DNA of 41,812 nucleotides from Macrostomum lignano (Eukaryota): assembly GCA_002269645.1 (NCBI GenBank), contig NIVC01004566.1:1-41812 (forward strand), given 5' to 3'. The notes beneath the pieces are model-generated. The model saw only the letters and a list, made by a program, of their open reading frames with translations, did not search any database and was not told the origin of the DNA. This document shows, one piece after another, positions 11,608-22,269 of this stretch. The position numbers and the translations under genes were made by a program. The number at the start of each line of letters is the position of its first letter. Position 1 is the first letter of the stretch.

Positions 11608-12876
11608 TATTCAACTAATACTACTGATAGCATAACCTACTGTCTACGAGTGTTTTGTCTATTAATTTGAAATCATATTTTTCTTGTCGTTTTTTTAAGG
11701 CTTACTACTCGTACTAATAGTAAGTAGATCGCGTTGAGTTATTAAATCTATGAAGGCTATTTTTCACCGCAAAATGCACCAGAAAGATGCGTACGAAGTA
11801 ATTGGACAGACAGATTTTCAGAAGCACGAGAACTCACTAGTTTCATTTGAAGGTCAAGGTTTCGATTTTCTAGCAAACAGGAAATTTAGCCTTAAAATAG
11901 CCACATCTGTAGTTTGTACCTTAAAATAAGCCTAATTAGATTTCCGAGATTTATAACAAAAAACGGCAGTGATTTTTACTACTTGTAAATTATGATTATT
12001 TTTTAATCCATGATATAACTGATAAAGGTATTTTAAACCTTTAATATTTGATCTGTTTGTGCACTGTTTGAATTTTTATTGAAATTTTCAATATTTCCTT
12101 TGCTGTGATCAATACGAGCGTATCTGGCCCAAGTTTCGTAGCAGTCTAACGCAAAAATGTGTTTTTTTTAATTGTTGTTTTTCAATCAAATTCTAGATTA
12201 GTTCTCGATAACAAAGTGAAAGACAGTTTTTTCAGGTGTTAACACTCCCCTAAACCCTGGCTAGGTTTAGAGAAGCTTATATCCACGCAAGACTTACAAC
12301 TTTTTTCAAAATAATATCTACTTATTAACTCAACGAGCCACACCGAGTTTAATAAACATGATATATGTACCCCGTTTGTTTAAATACATGATTTACACAT
12401 TTAGAAAACTTTGTTTTTTTTGTTTGCAACAAGTCAGCAACATATAATGATGATAACATGATTAATAAGCCACAAAGTTATGCTGGCTGTTTTGCTTTTA
12501 GAAAATCATTTTTCCTCTAAAATAAAAAAGAGACCAAGGCCTTGATCAAAGGCCAGAGTAAAAACTTTCTTAGATTTTAACAGATTAATAAAACACAGCT
12601 TTTGCATTTTTTGGAAGGCAAATATTTTTTTTATTAAGCAAATTATCTGTTACAATTTGAATTAATTAATTAATAAGATACAAAATTCACAAGGAGCATG
12701 TAGTTTTGAGTAACACACTTACACTTTATCCGGATGCCTCAAACGAAACTGATATCATAGAAAATGCTTTGTAACACGCGCGCAATATTTTAGCTTGAAC
12801 TATTTTATTTAACCACGATCTGGATAAGGTTTTGAATGAGTTCAAGTGCTGAGTATGCAGTATAAGTTATCAGTGA

Positions 12877-13456
12877 GGGAGATGGGAGGGCAGGGAGATG
12901 GGAGGACAGGGAGATGGGAGGATAGGGAGATGGGGAGGACAGGGAGATGGGAGGACAGGGAGATGGGAGGACAGGGAGATGGGAGGACAGGGAGATGGGA
13001 GGACAGGGAGATGGGAGGACAGGGAGATGGGAGGACAGGGAGATGGGAGGACAGGGAGATGGGAGGACAGGGAAAAGGGAGGACAGGGAGATGGGAGGGC
13101 AGGGAGATGGGAGGACAGGGAGATAGGAGGACAGGGAGATGATGGGAGGACAGGGAGATGGGAGGACAGGGAGATGGGAGGACAGGGAGATGGGAGGACA
13201 GGGAGATGGGAGGACAGGGAGATGGGAGGACAGGGAGATGGGAGGACAGGGAGATGGGAGGAAGCAGCAGGGAGATGGGAGGACAGGGAGATGGGAGGAC
13301 AGGGAGATGGGAGGACAGGGAGATGGGAGGGCAGGGAGATGGGAGGACAGGGATATGGGAGGACAGGGAGATGGGAGGACAGGGAGATGGGAGGACAGGG
13401 AGATGGGAGGACAGGGAGATGGGAGGACAGGGAGATGGGAGGACAGGGAGATGGGG
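12877..13456. repeat. Purine-rich minisatellite, 16-bp unit GGGAGATGGGAGGACA (~36 copies)
   Basis: Direct tandem copies between the convergent ROPN1L and TFIP11 3' ends. Confidence 0.97.
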
Positions 13457-13544
13457 ATAGCAGAAAAGGATAAGTAATTTGGCCAATCAGGATAAGCGTG
13501 AAGCTAGCCAGATTATTCAATAAAGAAAAGAATGGAGTTGAAGA

Positions 13545-16500
13545 TCACTGCCGCATGGTGGCCCTATTCATAACATCGTCAAGGGACACTGGGTGCCATT
13601 GGCCCTCAGTCAGCCAGTAAATTACGCCGCGTTCAACGCAAATTTGTAGCCGACCAAAATTGAACACCTGCTTGCCGTGATGCCGGTGGCCGGTGGGGGC
13701 GAACACGATGCCGTGCTCCTGGGCCCGGCGTTCTAGAAGGTCCCTGGCGCCCAGCAGGCCGTGATTATAGTTCACTACAGTGGCTGGCTGAGCCTGCGGC
13801 GCTACGGAAGAGCTGGAAGCGGTGGCCGCGGCGGCGGCAGCGGCAGCGGCGCCGGCGGCTACAACGGCAGCCGGTTCCTGGCCGGAGAAGGCGGCGTCCA
13901 TCAGGCGAAGGGCCTGCGGGATGGTGAATTAAATAATTAGAGTAGAAATATATTAAAATAGAGGAGAGGGAGGTGAGAAAGCAGGATGGAAGAGGAGAGA
14001 TGAGAAAAGAGAGATGAGAGGAGAAGAGAGATGAGGGGAGAAGAGAGATGAGAGGGAAGAGAGATGAGGGGAGAAGAGAGATGAGGGGAGAAGAGAGATG
14101 AGAGGAGAAGAGAGATGAGGGGAGAAGAGAGATGAGAAAGGTTAGGAAAGAGGAAGTGAGGGTAGAACAGGCAGAGAAAGTATAACGATGCAGAGCGGGT
14201 AGGCGAAAATCGGGTGCACAGACCTGACCCAGCTGGTGCTGCACCCCGGGCAGGTCCAGACACGCAGGTGGCAGCTGGTCCCGCCAGCCGGCGTACCAGG
14301 CGGCCACCTGGGCCATGTCGACACCGGGGCTGGCTAGCCAGGCCGACAGGGCCCGGTGAAATCCCGGGAAGAAGCCGCGCTCGAGCAGCGAAGCAATCTG
14401 CTGCGGACTGAGCAGATCCCACCAGGCCTTGCACCAGACCCACTGCTCCAGCGGCTGGCCAGACGGGTCAATTCGCATCCCGGACAGACAGTCGATCAGC
14501 TTGGGCAAAACGTGCCGCTGCAGGAAGGCCGCCAGCAGTTGGGGTCGCACGGCGCCGCGCCATGGCGTTAGGACGCCTTTGGCACTCAGGTCGTCCGGGC
14601 GCCACTGGCCAAAGCACTGGCCGAGCTTCTGCAATACCTGCAGTATTCGTGTGTTAAGGTATTGGTTATACAGGCTTTGGCATCATTGCCAGATCCGCAA
14701 TATTTAGCAGCAGAAAACTACGGATAAGCATCAGATAGCAATGGATAAGCATCAGATCCCAATGGATAAGCATCAGATCCCAATGGATAAGCATCAGGTC
14801 ACAATGGATAAGCACCAGATCCCAATGGATAAGCATCAGGTCACAATGGATAAGCATCAGATCCCAATGGATAAGCATAAGAACCCAATGGATAAGCATC
14901 AGGTCACAATGGATAAGCATCAGGTCACAATGGATAAGCATCAGATCCCAATGGATAAGCATCAGATCCCAATCGATAAGCATCAGATACCAATGGATAA
15001 ATACCAGGTCACAATGGATAAACAGCAGTCTCTCACCTGCTCGTGCATGGCATCCAGCGCCAGCTCGGCAGACCAGGGCTGCAACCACTCGTGCACAGGC
15101 TGCGGATCCCTAGTCGGATCCCACAGTTGCAGCTCCCTCTGCAGCGCGGGCTTCACAACGGTATTAATCAGATCTTCAATGCCGGGCGCCTGGCCTCGCA
15201 GCGCCTGCACCAAAGCCAGAGCTTCGGCCGGTTGCCTCGGACTCCACTGGGCCAGCGCGCGTCGAACCTGCGGCAGCAGCGACTCGGACAGGATGGCGTC
15301 AATTGAATCGTTGGCAGGCGCCAGAGCTTCGCGCACCAGCCGAGCGCAAGCGGCGCCTCTGCCGGGCTCTAGCAGAGGTTGCCAGCCATCCAGAGAGCGC
15401 CTAGCAGCCGGTGTAACCATAGCAGCGGCTAGCGGCCGGTACGCGGCCGGCGCTGACTGCAGAAACTTCTTGGCCAGGTCGCACACGTCCGGCAGGCCGG
15501 CGCCCCGGTTAGCAACCGAGTCGTAGGCGTCCAGCAGCCGGATGAGGCTGTCCAACTCGGCTAGCTGAACAGCCCGACGGCCTCGCTGCAGTCGCTGGGT
15601 CTCGGCTCGCAGGCTGGCCAATTTGTCGCGATCCTCCCGCTGCTGCCGATCGGTTCGAACGATTTCAGCCTCGGCTGCGTCGGCCAATCTGGCCAGGTTG
15701 TGCATCAGGGCGGGACAGTCGAACCGGCGCTGGCCACCCTGCTGCTGCTGGCCCTCGGCTGCTGCCGAACCGAGCGCGTCATCGTCCGCGCCGGCCGCCG
15801 ATCGGGATAGCGCCGAATAGCCGTCGTACACCCGCTGCTGAGGCCCGGTCATGTCGATCACCTGGATAGAATATTGGGTAGATACGATAGCTGGGATTAA
15901 ACGATAACTACGAACTGGTATAGGGTAAAATTAACAACAACCTGAAGGACTAGGGGTACTACAGGCTGAAAAACTGAATAGAGACAGTAACAATGGCCTG
16001 AAGGACGAGATCGAGAGAGGGGGTAACAATGACCTGAAAGACAGGAGAGAGGGGGTAAAATGATCTGAAGGACAGGAGAGGGAGGAAAATAAAACCTGAA
16101 GGACTGTAGGAGAGGGTAACTATAACCTGAAGGACTGTAGGAGAGGGTAACTATAACCTGAAGGACTGTAGGAGAGGGTAACTATAACCTGAAGGACTGT
16201 AGGAGAGGGTAACTATAACCTGAAGGACTGTAGGAGAGGGTAACTATAACCTGAAGGACTGTAGGAGAGGGCAACTATAACCTGAAGGACTGTAGGAGAG
16301 GGCAACTATAACCTGAAGGACGGTAAGCTGAAGGATTGAATGATACACCTGAAGCCTGAAGAACCAGAGGGTAGCGTCGCGTGATTGAAGAAGGTCCGAG
16401 AATTGCAGGGAAACGGAGTTATAATTCACTCCACAATTGCATTGCAATAGACAGAACAAACCTTGACTTTGGCGCCATTGTCTAGCACTGGCACGCCGCC

Positions 16501-16899
16501 TGGCGCTTTTTTAGCTCCGTCCCGTAGAATCTCTTCTCGTGTTTTTATGGCGTACCTTGGCTGCTGCTGCTGCTGACTTCGCTTGTAGCGGGCTGCAGCA
16601 GCAAGTGAGGCGGCTTTGGCGGTCGCGTCCGTCACCGTCTCTTCGTTGCCGCGCCTGGGCACCGGCGCCGATTGTTCGGGATAAAATCCCACAGCCTCTT
16701 TGCCTTTGCGCTTTGTAGCCTGAACGGGAGTGACAATACCAGCTAGGTCTTTGCCGAGGCCTTTGCCCTGCTTGTAGCCCATCTGCTCCAGCAGCTTCAT
16801 GCCGATGCCGCGGGTGTGCCGCTCCCAGTGGCCGAATTGGCCGCCGCCGCTGCTGCTCGCATCATCCGGCGCTTCCGCTGCTCCTCTCCTCCTGCATCG
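13545..16899 (-). CDS. TFIP11: Tuftelin-interacting protein 11 (Ntr1/Spp382/STIP; G-patch + GCFC/NTR domain); exons >=16899-16462, 15861-15037, 14637-14224, 13913-13545; 5' end unresolved
   Basis: [29 protein letters not shown] (G-patch), KVK|[46 protein letters not shown], and C-terminal [18 protein letters not shown]. All four exons join through GT-AG sites in phase 0. In-frame stops at 16908-16900 block extension further upstream. Confidence 0.92.
13985..14140. repeat. Intronic purine-rich minisatellite, ~17-bp unit GGGGAGAAGAGAGATGA
   Basis: Tandem copies in TFIP11 intron 13914-14223. Confidence 0.9.
14722..15022. repeat. Intronic minisatellite, 21-bp unit CAATGGATAAGCATCAGATCC (~14 copies)
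   Basis: Tandem copies in TFIP11 intron 14638-15036; source of the MDKHQIP ORF repeats. Confidence 0.95.
15939..16322. repeat. Intronic minisatellite, 31-bp unit GAGAGGGTAACTATAACCTGAAGGACTGTAG
   Basis: Tandem copies (homogeneous 16100-16320, degenerate before) in TFIP11 intron 15862-16461. Confidence 0.93.
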
Positions 16900-17079
16900 T
16901 CATCATCATCTGTACGCCGATGTGCCGCCGGCTTCAAGCCGCTGCTCCTCGTCATCATGCTTCTTGGACTGGCGCCGCTGAGCGGGTATGGATGGGATGT
17001 CGGCGCTCTCGTCCGGGTTGCGCCGTTACGTTCCGACCGCGATTGCCGAAACTCCAGTAATTCTCCAGCCTAGAACTGA

Positions 17080-17520
17080 AATATAAATCTACGAAACCAG
17101 TAATCTCCAGACTAAAACTGTAATATGAATCTACAAAACCTGTAATATTGAATCTAAAACTGTAATATGAATCTAGAAAACCTGTAATATCGAATATAAA
17201 ATTAATATGAATCTACTAAAACTGTAATATCGATCTAAAACTGTAATATGATTGAATCTACAAAACCAGTAATCTTCAGCCTAAAACAGTAATATGAATC
17301 TACAAAACCTGTAATATCAAACTCAAAACTGTAATATGAATCTAAAAAACCGGTAATCTCCAGCCTAAAACTATAATATGAATCTACAAAACCAGTAATC
17401 TTCAGCCTTAAACTGTAACATGAATCTACAAAACCGGTAATATCAAACTCAAAACTGTAATATAAATCTCAAACCAGTAATCTCCAGCCCAAAAATGTAA
17501 TTCTAGTCTAAAAAAACCAG
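17080..17520. repeat. Degenerate ~21/42-bp tandem array (AAAACTGTAATATGAATCTAC-like) between DNAJC17 and the TFIP11 G-patch exon
   Basis: Recurring AAAAC(C)TGTAAT and GAATCTAC motifs. Confidence 0.85.
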
Positions 17521-17776
17521 TAGTAATAGCATCGAAGACTATTTCTTTACAGTCTTAAAGTCGTTACAGGGTGTAAAATCACTAAGGACTCGGATACATC
17601 TATCTAACGTTACAATCGGCCATATTAAAAAAACTAGAAAAATATTAACAGTTTATTATTTACTTTCTAATCGTAGTAAGAAACTGTATAAATGCAATGT
17701 ATTTGACTTTAAAACAATATACATGCAGCATAAAATCAACTGATCAGAATGCCACAAGTTGAGTGCTATACACATA

Positions 17777-18917
17777 CTACTGATCATCAGTAGGCGCAGC
17801 AGATGCAGCATTATCATCATCCGTACTATTCTTATCGTCGCCAGGATGAGCGCGTTTGCCACGCGAAAACATTTTAATTAGATCGTCGGCTGTCACTTTG
17901 CGCAGCCAATCGCCAGACGGTCGGCCCTGATTGGTTGGCAGCCAATCGCCTGTAGTGGCTGCCGATGCGGCAGGAGGCACGGGAGTCTGCTGGTGCTGCT
18001 GCTTCTGGCCCTGCAGCCACACAGCCGACAGTCCACTTGACCCGCTGTCAAGGCCTTGACCAACCTGTCCGCGTCGTCGTGTCTACGAAACTCGACAATA
18101 GCGACACCACCGCTGCCACCGCGACTGGATTTCTTACTACTAGCCTTGCCCGGCCTGTACAACAGGGTGACCACCTCGCCGAAGCTGGAGCACAGCGACT
18201 TCAAAGAGGCCTCCGACTGACTAGAACAGTCATCCTGATCTCCACGCCAAGTCAATTTTATTGTCGGCAGATTGTCTTTATCCTTGTCGGCAGCCGCCTG
18301 TCGGAGCTCCTGCCTGAGTAGCTCCTGCTCCCTAGCCAGAACGTCGTTCAGCTCCCGCCTAAGCCGCTGCTTCTCCCTCTCTAGGCTGGCTTCATCCTCC
18401 TGTCGGCTCCGGCCGCTTGCAGACGTCGCACTCTCAGCGGCAGCTGCAGCAGCTTCGGCTGCCTCAAGTTGCTCTTTGAATCGGCGCCGGCCTACCCCGA
18501 GAGCCCGGGCCCGCTCGGCGGCAGCCTGACGGCCACGGCGCACTTTATCGTAGGCAGCTCGGGCGGCTGCGTCAGTGAGCAGTTGCAGAGCCTCGGACAG
18601 TCGACGGAAACGTTGAGCAGCCAGCGGATCGTCTGGATTTTTGTCCGGATGAACTTTGAGCGCTGCGGTGCGATAGGCTTTGGTGATCTATCAGGGGATG
18701 GATTAGAGAGGTTTAGTTAGCACCTTAGGTAAAAAGCTGGAGTAAAAATGCCTGTATTTTAGTAAACCGATCCCTCGCCATCTAATTAGTTTTGCAATGG
18801 GCCTTTATTTCAACTTTATTATTCACAATTGAATGCACAACTTACCTCCTTTTCTGTAGCATTCTCATCAATGTTAAGTAGTTTATATAAATCTTCATTT
18901 TGTATTGGTGTATCCAT
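17777..18917 (-). CDS. DNAJC17: DnaJ homolog subfamily C member 17 (Cwc23; J domain + RRM); exons 18917-18846 and 18687-17777, with an apparent 1-nt frameshift near 18054
   Basis: Exon 1 MDTPIQNEDLYKLLNIDENATEKE, donor GAG|GTAAG, acceptor GATAG|ATC. Exon 2 ITKAYRTAALKVHPDKNPDD (HPD motif)...AARAAYDKVRR, RRM TIKLTW..FGEV..AIVEF. The conserved RRM end WLQGQ is in a different frame; adding one G in GTCAAGGCC gives VKGLDSGSSGLSAVWLQGQ. Confidence 0.9.
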
Positions 18918-20999
18918 GTTGGAGCTGATATCCTGAAGAGCATGATAGCAAATCAATAAACTATTAACACATGTTCAATTAGTAAGCTAGCTTGAAATAA
19001 AATTTCTTTCTTAATATACATAGATAGAAACATACAGTTAAAAATATACGTATAGAATATTCATTCCTAATATTACTCAGTAATTTAAAGTAAAACAGTT
19101 TTATATAAATAGTTAGTGTGATATGCTATGCAAGTCTAGAGTTAACTATCTATTTGCTTCTACAAAGTATTTTTGTAGTCTAAAGACCAAGACCCTTGCA
19201 AACATAGCTTGCAAAGTTGGTTGCAAAAGATTCAAATACCATTTTTTCTTTTTTATATTTGTTCTTCATGTCTTTATATCTTATATTAGCATTTAGGCCC
19301 TGAAATGTATCCTATGATATTGTTTTTATCTTTCATAACTTGCTTGACTGGCTAAAAACATTTTATTGTATTTGTTGCTGCTATGATTTATATTATTATT
19401 TGTGAAAGTTTTTCTTATGTAAAAATCTGTGCAATTTCATATCTGCAAATATTTCTTAGGAAAAATTTGTCTTATTATATATATTTTCCAAAATATTCTA
19501 GTGAAAATACCAAAATCAGCAGTAGACAACTTAGATATCAAAGAATATACATATGTAGGGGCCTATAGAATACTAAAAGCCATGGCCTTCTAACTTTAAT
19601 AATGTATAAGACTAAAAGAAATATATATGTAATATATTTAGTAGTAATAGCAAAATACTGCTTAGGCCTATATAAGAATGCTATTAGTACAGAACAAGAA
19701 CACATCAATAAGAAATTAAAAATACTTAGAAGTATTTTATATATTTTTAAATCCAAGGCATATTTATTAGCTATTAGCCTCTTTCTTAGTTTAAAACTTT
19801 TTTAACTAAATTTTTCTTTTTTATCTCCTGCTTCACCCTAATTTTTATTGCCTTTCTAGCCTAAAGTTAACCATATAAATATATATTTTAGTGAATGGGC
19901 TAATATACAATATTGCTAAACCAATTAGTAAGTTGTTTATATTAATAAGCTTTGGTTAATGAATTTTTCAAAGTTATTTTAGCTATTTTTATTTTTATAA
20001 AATAGCTTATATAGGCTACAATTTTTTTCTAGTGAACTGAAAATAGAAAGCTGTTTTACTAAGTATATATGTCTAAATTATAAATGGCCTATCTAGTTAT
20101 TTTAGAAATTTAGTATCTATGCTAATAACTTAATAGAATTAGTTGAAACTAATAAAATATTGTGATAACTTTTATATCAATATTTTAAAGTTAAATTAAT
20201 GTGATATAAAAACTTGTGATAGCTACCTTTGATAGTAGAAATATAATTTTGTTAAGATAAAGTACTAGCCTTAGGCCTATTGTATGTAAAAATTTTAAAT
20301 TAATAAATTAATAAAAATCATTAAGAAGGGTCTTCTTACATTAAGATTTGAATTCTTTATAAGGCCTAATTAGAATTTTAAAAGCTAAAGTAAAACTCAA
20401 TATGTAATTTATAAGCTTGAAAATTTTTAGAATATATAAAATTCTAAAATTGGTAAACAAAATGACTTTCTACATATATAACATAGAATGATAGATTGGC
20501 CTATAACAAATAAAATATGGCAAAAAATCATTGACATTTGTCAAAGATAAAATTAGAATAGATGTGTAAGCTTATAGTATGATTAGGTGGGCCAGGCCTA
20601 TTAAGTTAGGCCCTAGCTAAGCAACTTAGACTAGGCGGCTAGGCCTATGTTTGTATTTTTGATAGTTTTATATCTTTTTTTCTTATTCTGGAATCTGGAT
20701 TTAAAGGCCTATTCCTAGGCTATACAAAGTATTATAGGTCTACTTTAGATGTTTAGAATATATTGATAATATTTATGACTGCCACTGTCAGCAGTGCCAG
20801 CCAAAAAGAATAGTTAGGCCTACTAGTATTCATTACTATGCCAATGCCATCATTACTATATTACTACATATTACTAGGCCCATGCTATGCCTTCATAGGG
20901 GCACCATCATTACCACACCCCTACAAGGGGCAGGGGGCAGGTTACTACCCCTCTTGCCTTCCCTTTCCCTTAAATCTGTCCCTAGTAGCCTACTAGATA

Positions 21000-21850
21000 T
21001 AGACACTATCAATATCAATCGAAAAGGCACACAAACTAAAATGCTAATAAAAATAAAAGGAACAAATAAAATTTATTGTTATCATAGCCCATAGGCCTAG
21101 CATACTAGATCCATGACTGTACTAAACCCATATGGGCTCATGCCTGCCTGCCCGTGTAGGCCGGATGTAGGCTATATACTTGTTAGGTTGTCGATGGTAA
21201 GCTTTTGGAGTGTAATTTTCGATGAACTGTGAAATTTCGATGGATTTCAAATAATTGTCTACATAAAGACATTTGCAATAGAAATAATTCTGTGCGTAAT
21301 TATAGTAAGCAGGCCTAAATTAGAAAATCATAAAAATGCAGAACCGTTGGCGTAGGTGCTAGTATTTTAGTAAGACGTTTGTTAATATAGTAACTTTTAA
21401 ATTTATTGAAAAAGAAAGGAAAGCGATTAATGCTTATCGCTTGATAATATTAAATGTCAAACTAGGCTGGCTGAATAAACTGGGTAATCCTACCACAAAT
21501 AAATGCATTAATTACACTTCAAGTTAAAAACTCTAGATAATTTTTAAAATAAGTTTTAGTAATAAAGCTTATGTCGATTCCAGACTATAATATTAGCAAC
21601 ATGAAGTACGTCTAGATTTTTGCAAGTTGCAACATTTTCTTTCTGGCATTTTCCCAACCTCACTAAGTTTAGTTGGCTCTCAGTTGGCTGAAAATTGTTT
21701 GTTTTATTCCAGAGCCAAAACACTTAACTTTTAACATTTCCATGTTATTATCACTTTAACTATCAATGTGAGAATCTATCATTTCATTATAGATAGGCCT
21801 AAATTTGCTAAAATTATAATTATATAGGGGCCTAGTATCTAGACGGTTAT
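21000..21850. promoter_or_regulatory. Putative bidirectional promoter of DNAJC17 and XPO7 (CpG-retaining island in a CpG desert)
   Basis: About 14-15 CpGs by eye in ~850 bp versus fewer than 10 in the remaining ~6 kb between the divergent genes. Function inferred. Confidence 0.35.
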
Positions 21851-22269
21851 ATTAATAATAGTAATAATAATAATAAAAATTTAATATTGAAATTCAATTG
21901 TTTTATCTTTGCTACTATATAATAAATATTGTTTGTTTAAATAGGCCTATCCAAATAATTATTTGATTTTTTTCTTATTAAAAGCTAAACTTAGGCTAGG
22001 CCTAGGTAAAAAAGTGCTAGGCCTAATCAAATTTTGCTTAAAACAACTTATTCTTAGTAGGCCTATTTATAAGATTCAGCCTAGCAATTCCTAATCTTTG
22101 CTCAAAATTCTTGTTTTTATCTATATCTAAATGATCAAAATAAAAATCAAACATTTTAAACAAATTCTAAACCTTAGCTTTAGTAAGATGCATTATATTA
22201 TATTACATTACAATGACACTAGGTTTGGGAGGTGCTAGCGCATAGGCCTATACAATTATGAAAAAGAAA

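Noticed and set aside
12842-13520. GDGRTGRWEDREMGGQ and PPISLSSHLPVL ORFs (RGG-like or extensin-like appearance)
   Set aside because: Produced by a 16-bp repeat (48-nt frame cycle); no evidence of coding.
14666-15526. MDKHQIP repeat ORF and its antisense
   Set aside because: 21-bp intronic repeat fused to the antisense of a TFIP11 exon.
18041-18064. 20-nt GT..AG segment (GTTGGTCAAGGCCTTGACAG, minus strand) whose removal would restore the DNAJC17 frame
   Set aside because: Far below typical metazoan minimum intron size and would delete part of the RRM helix; a 1-nt homopolymer error is simpler.
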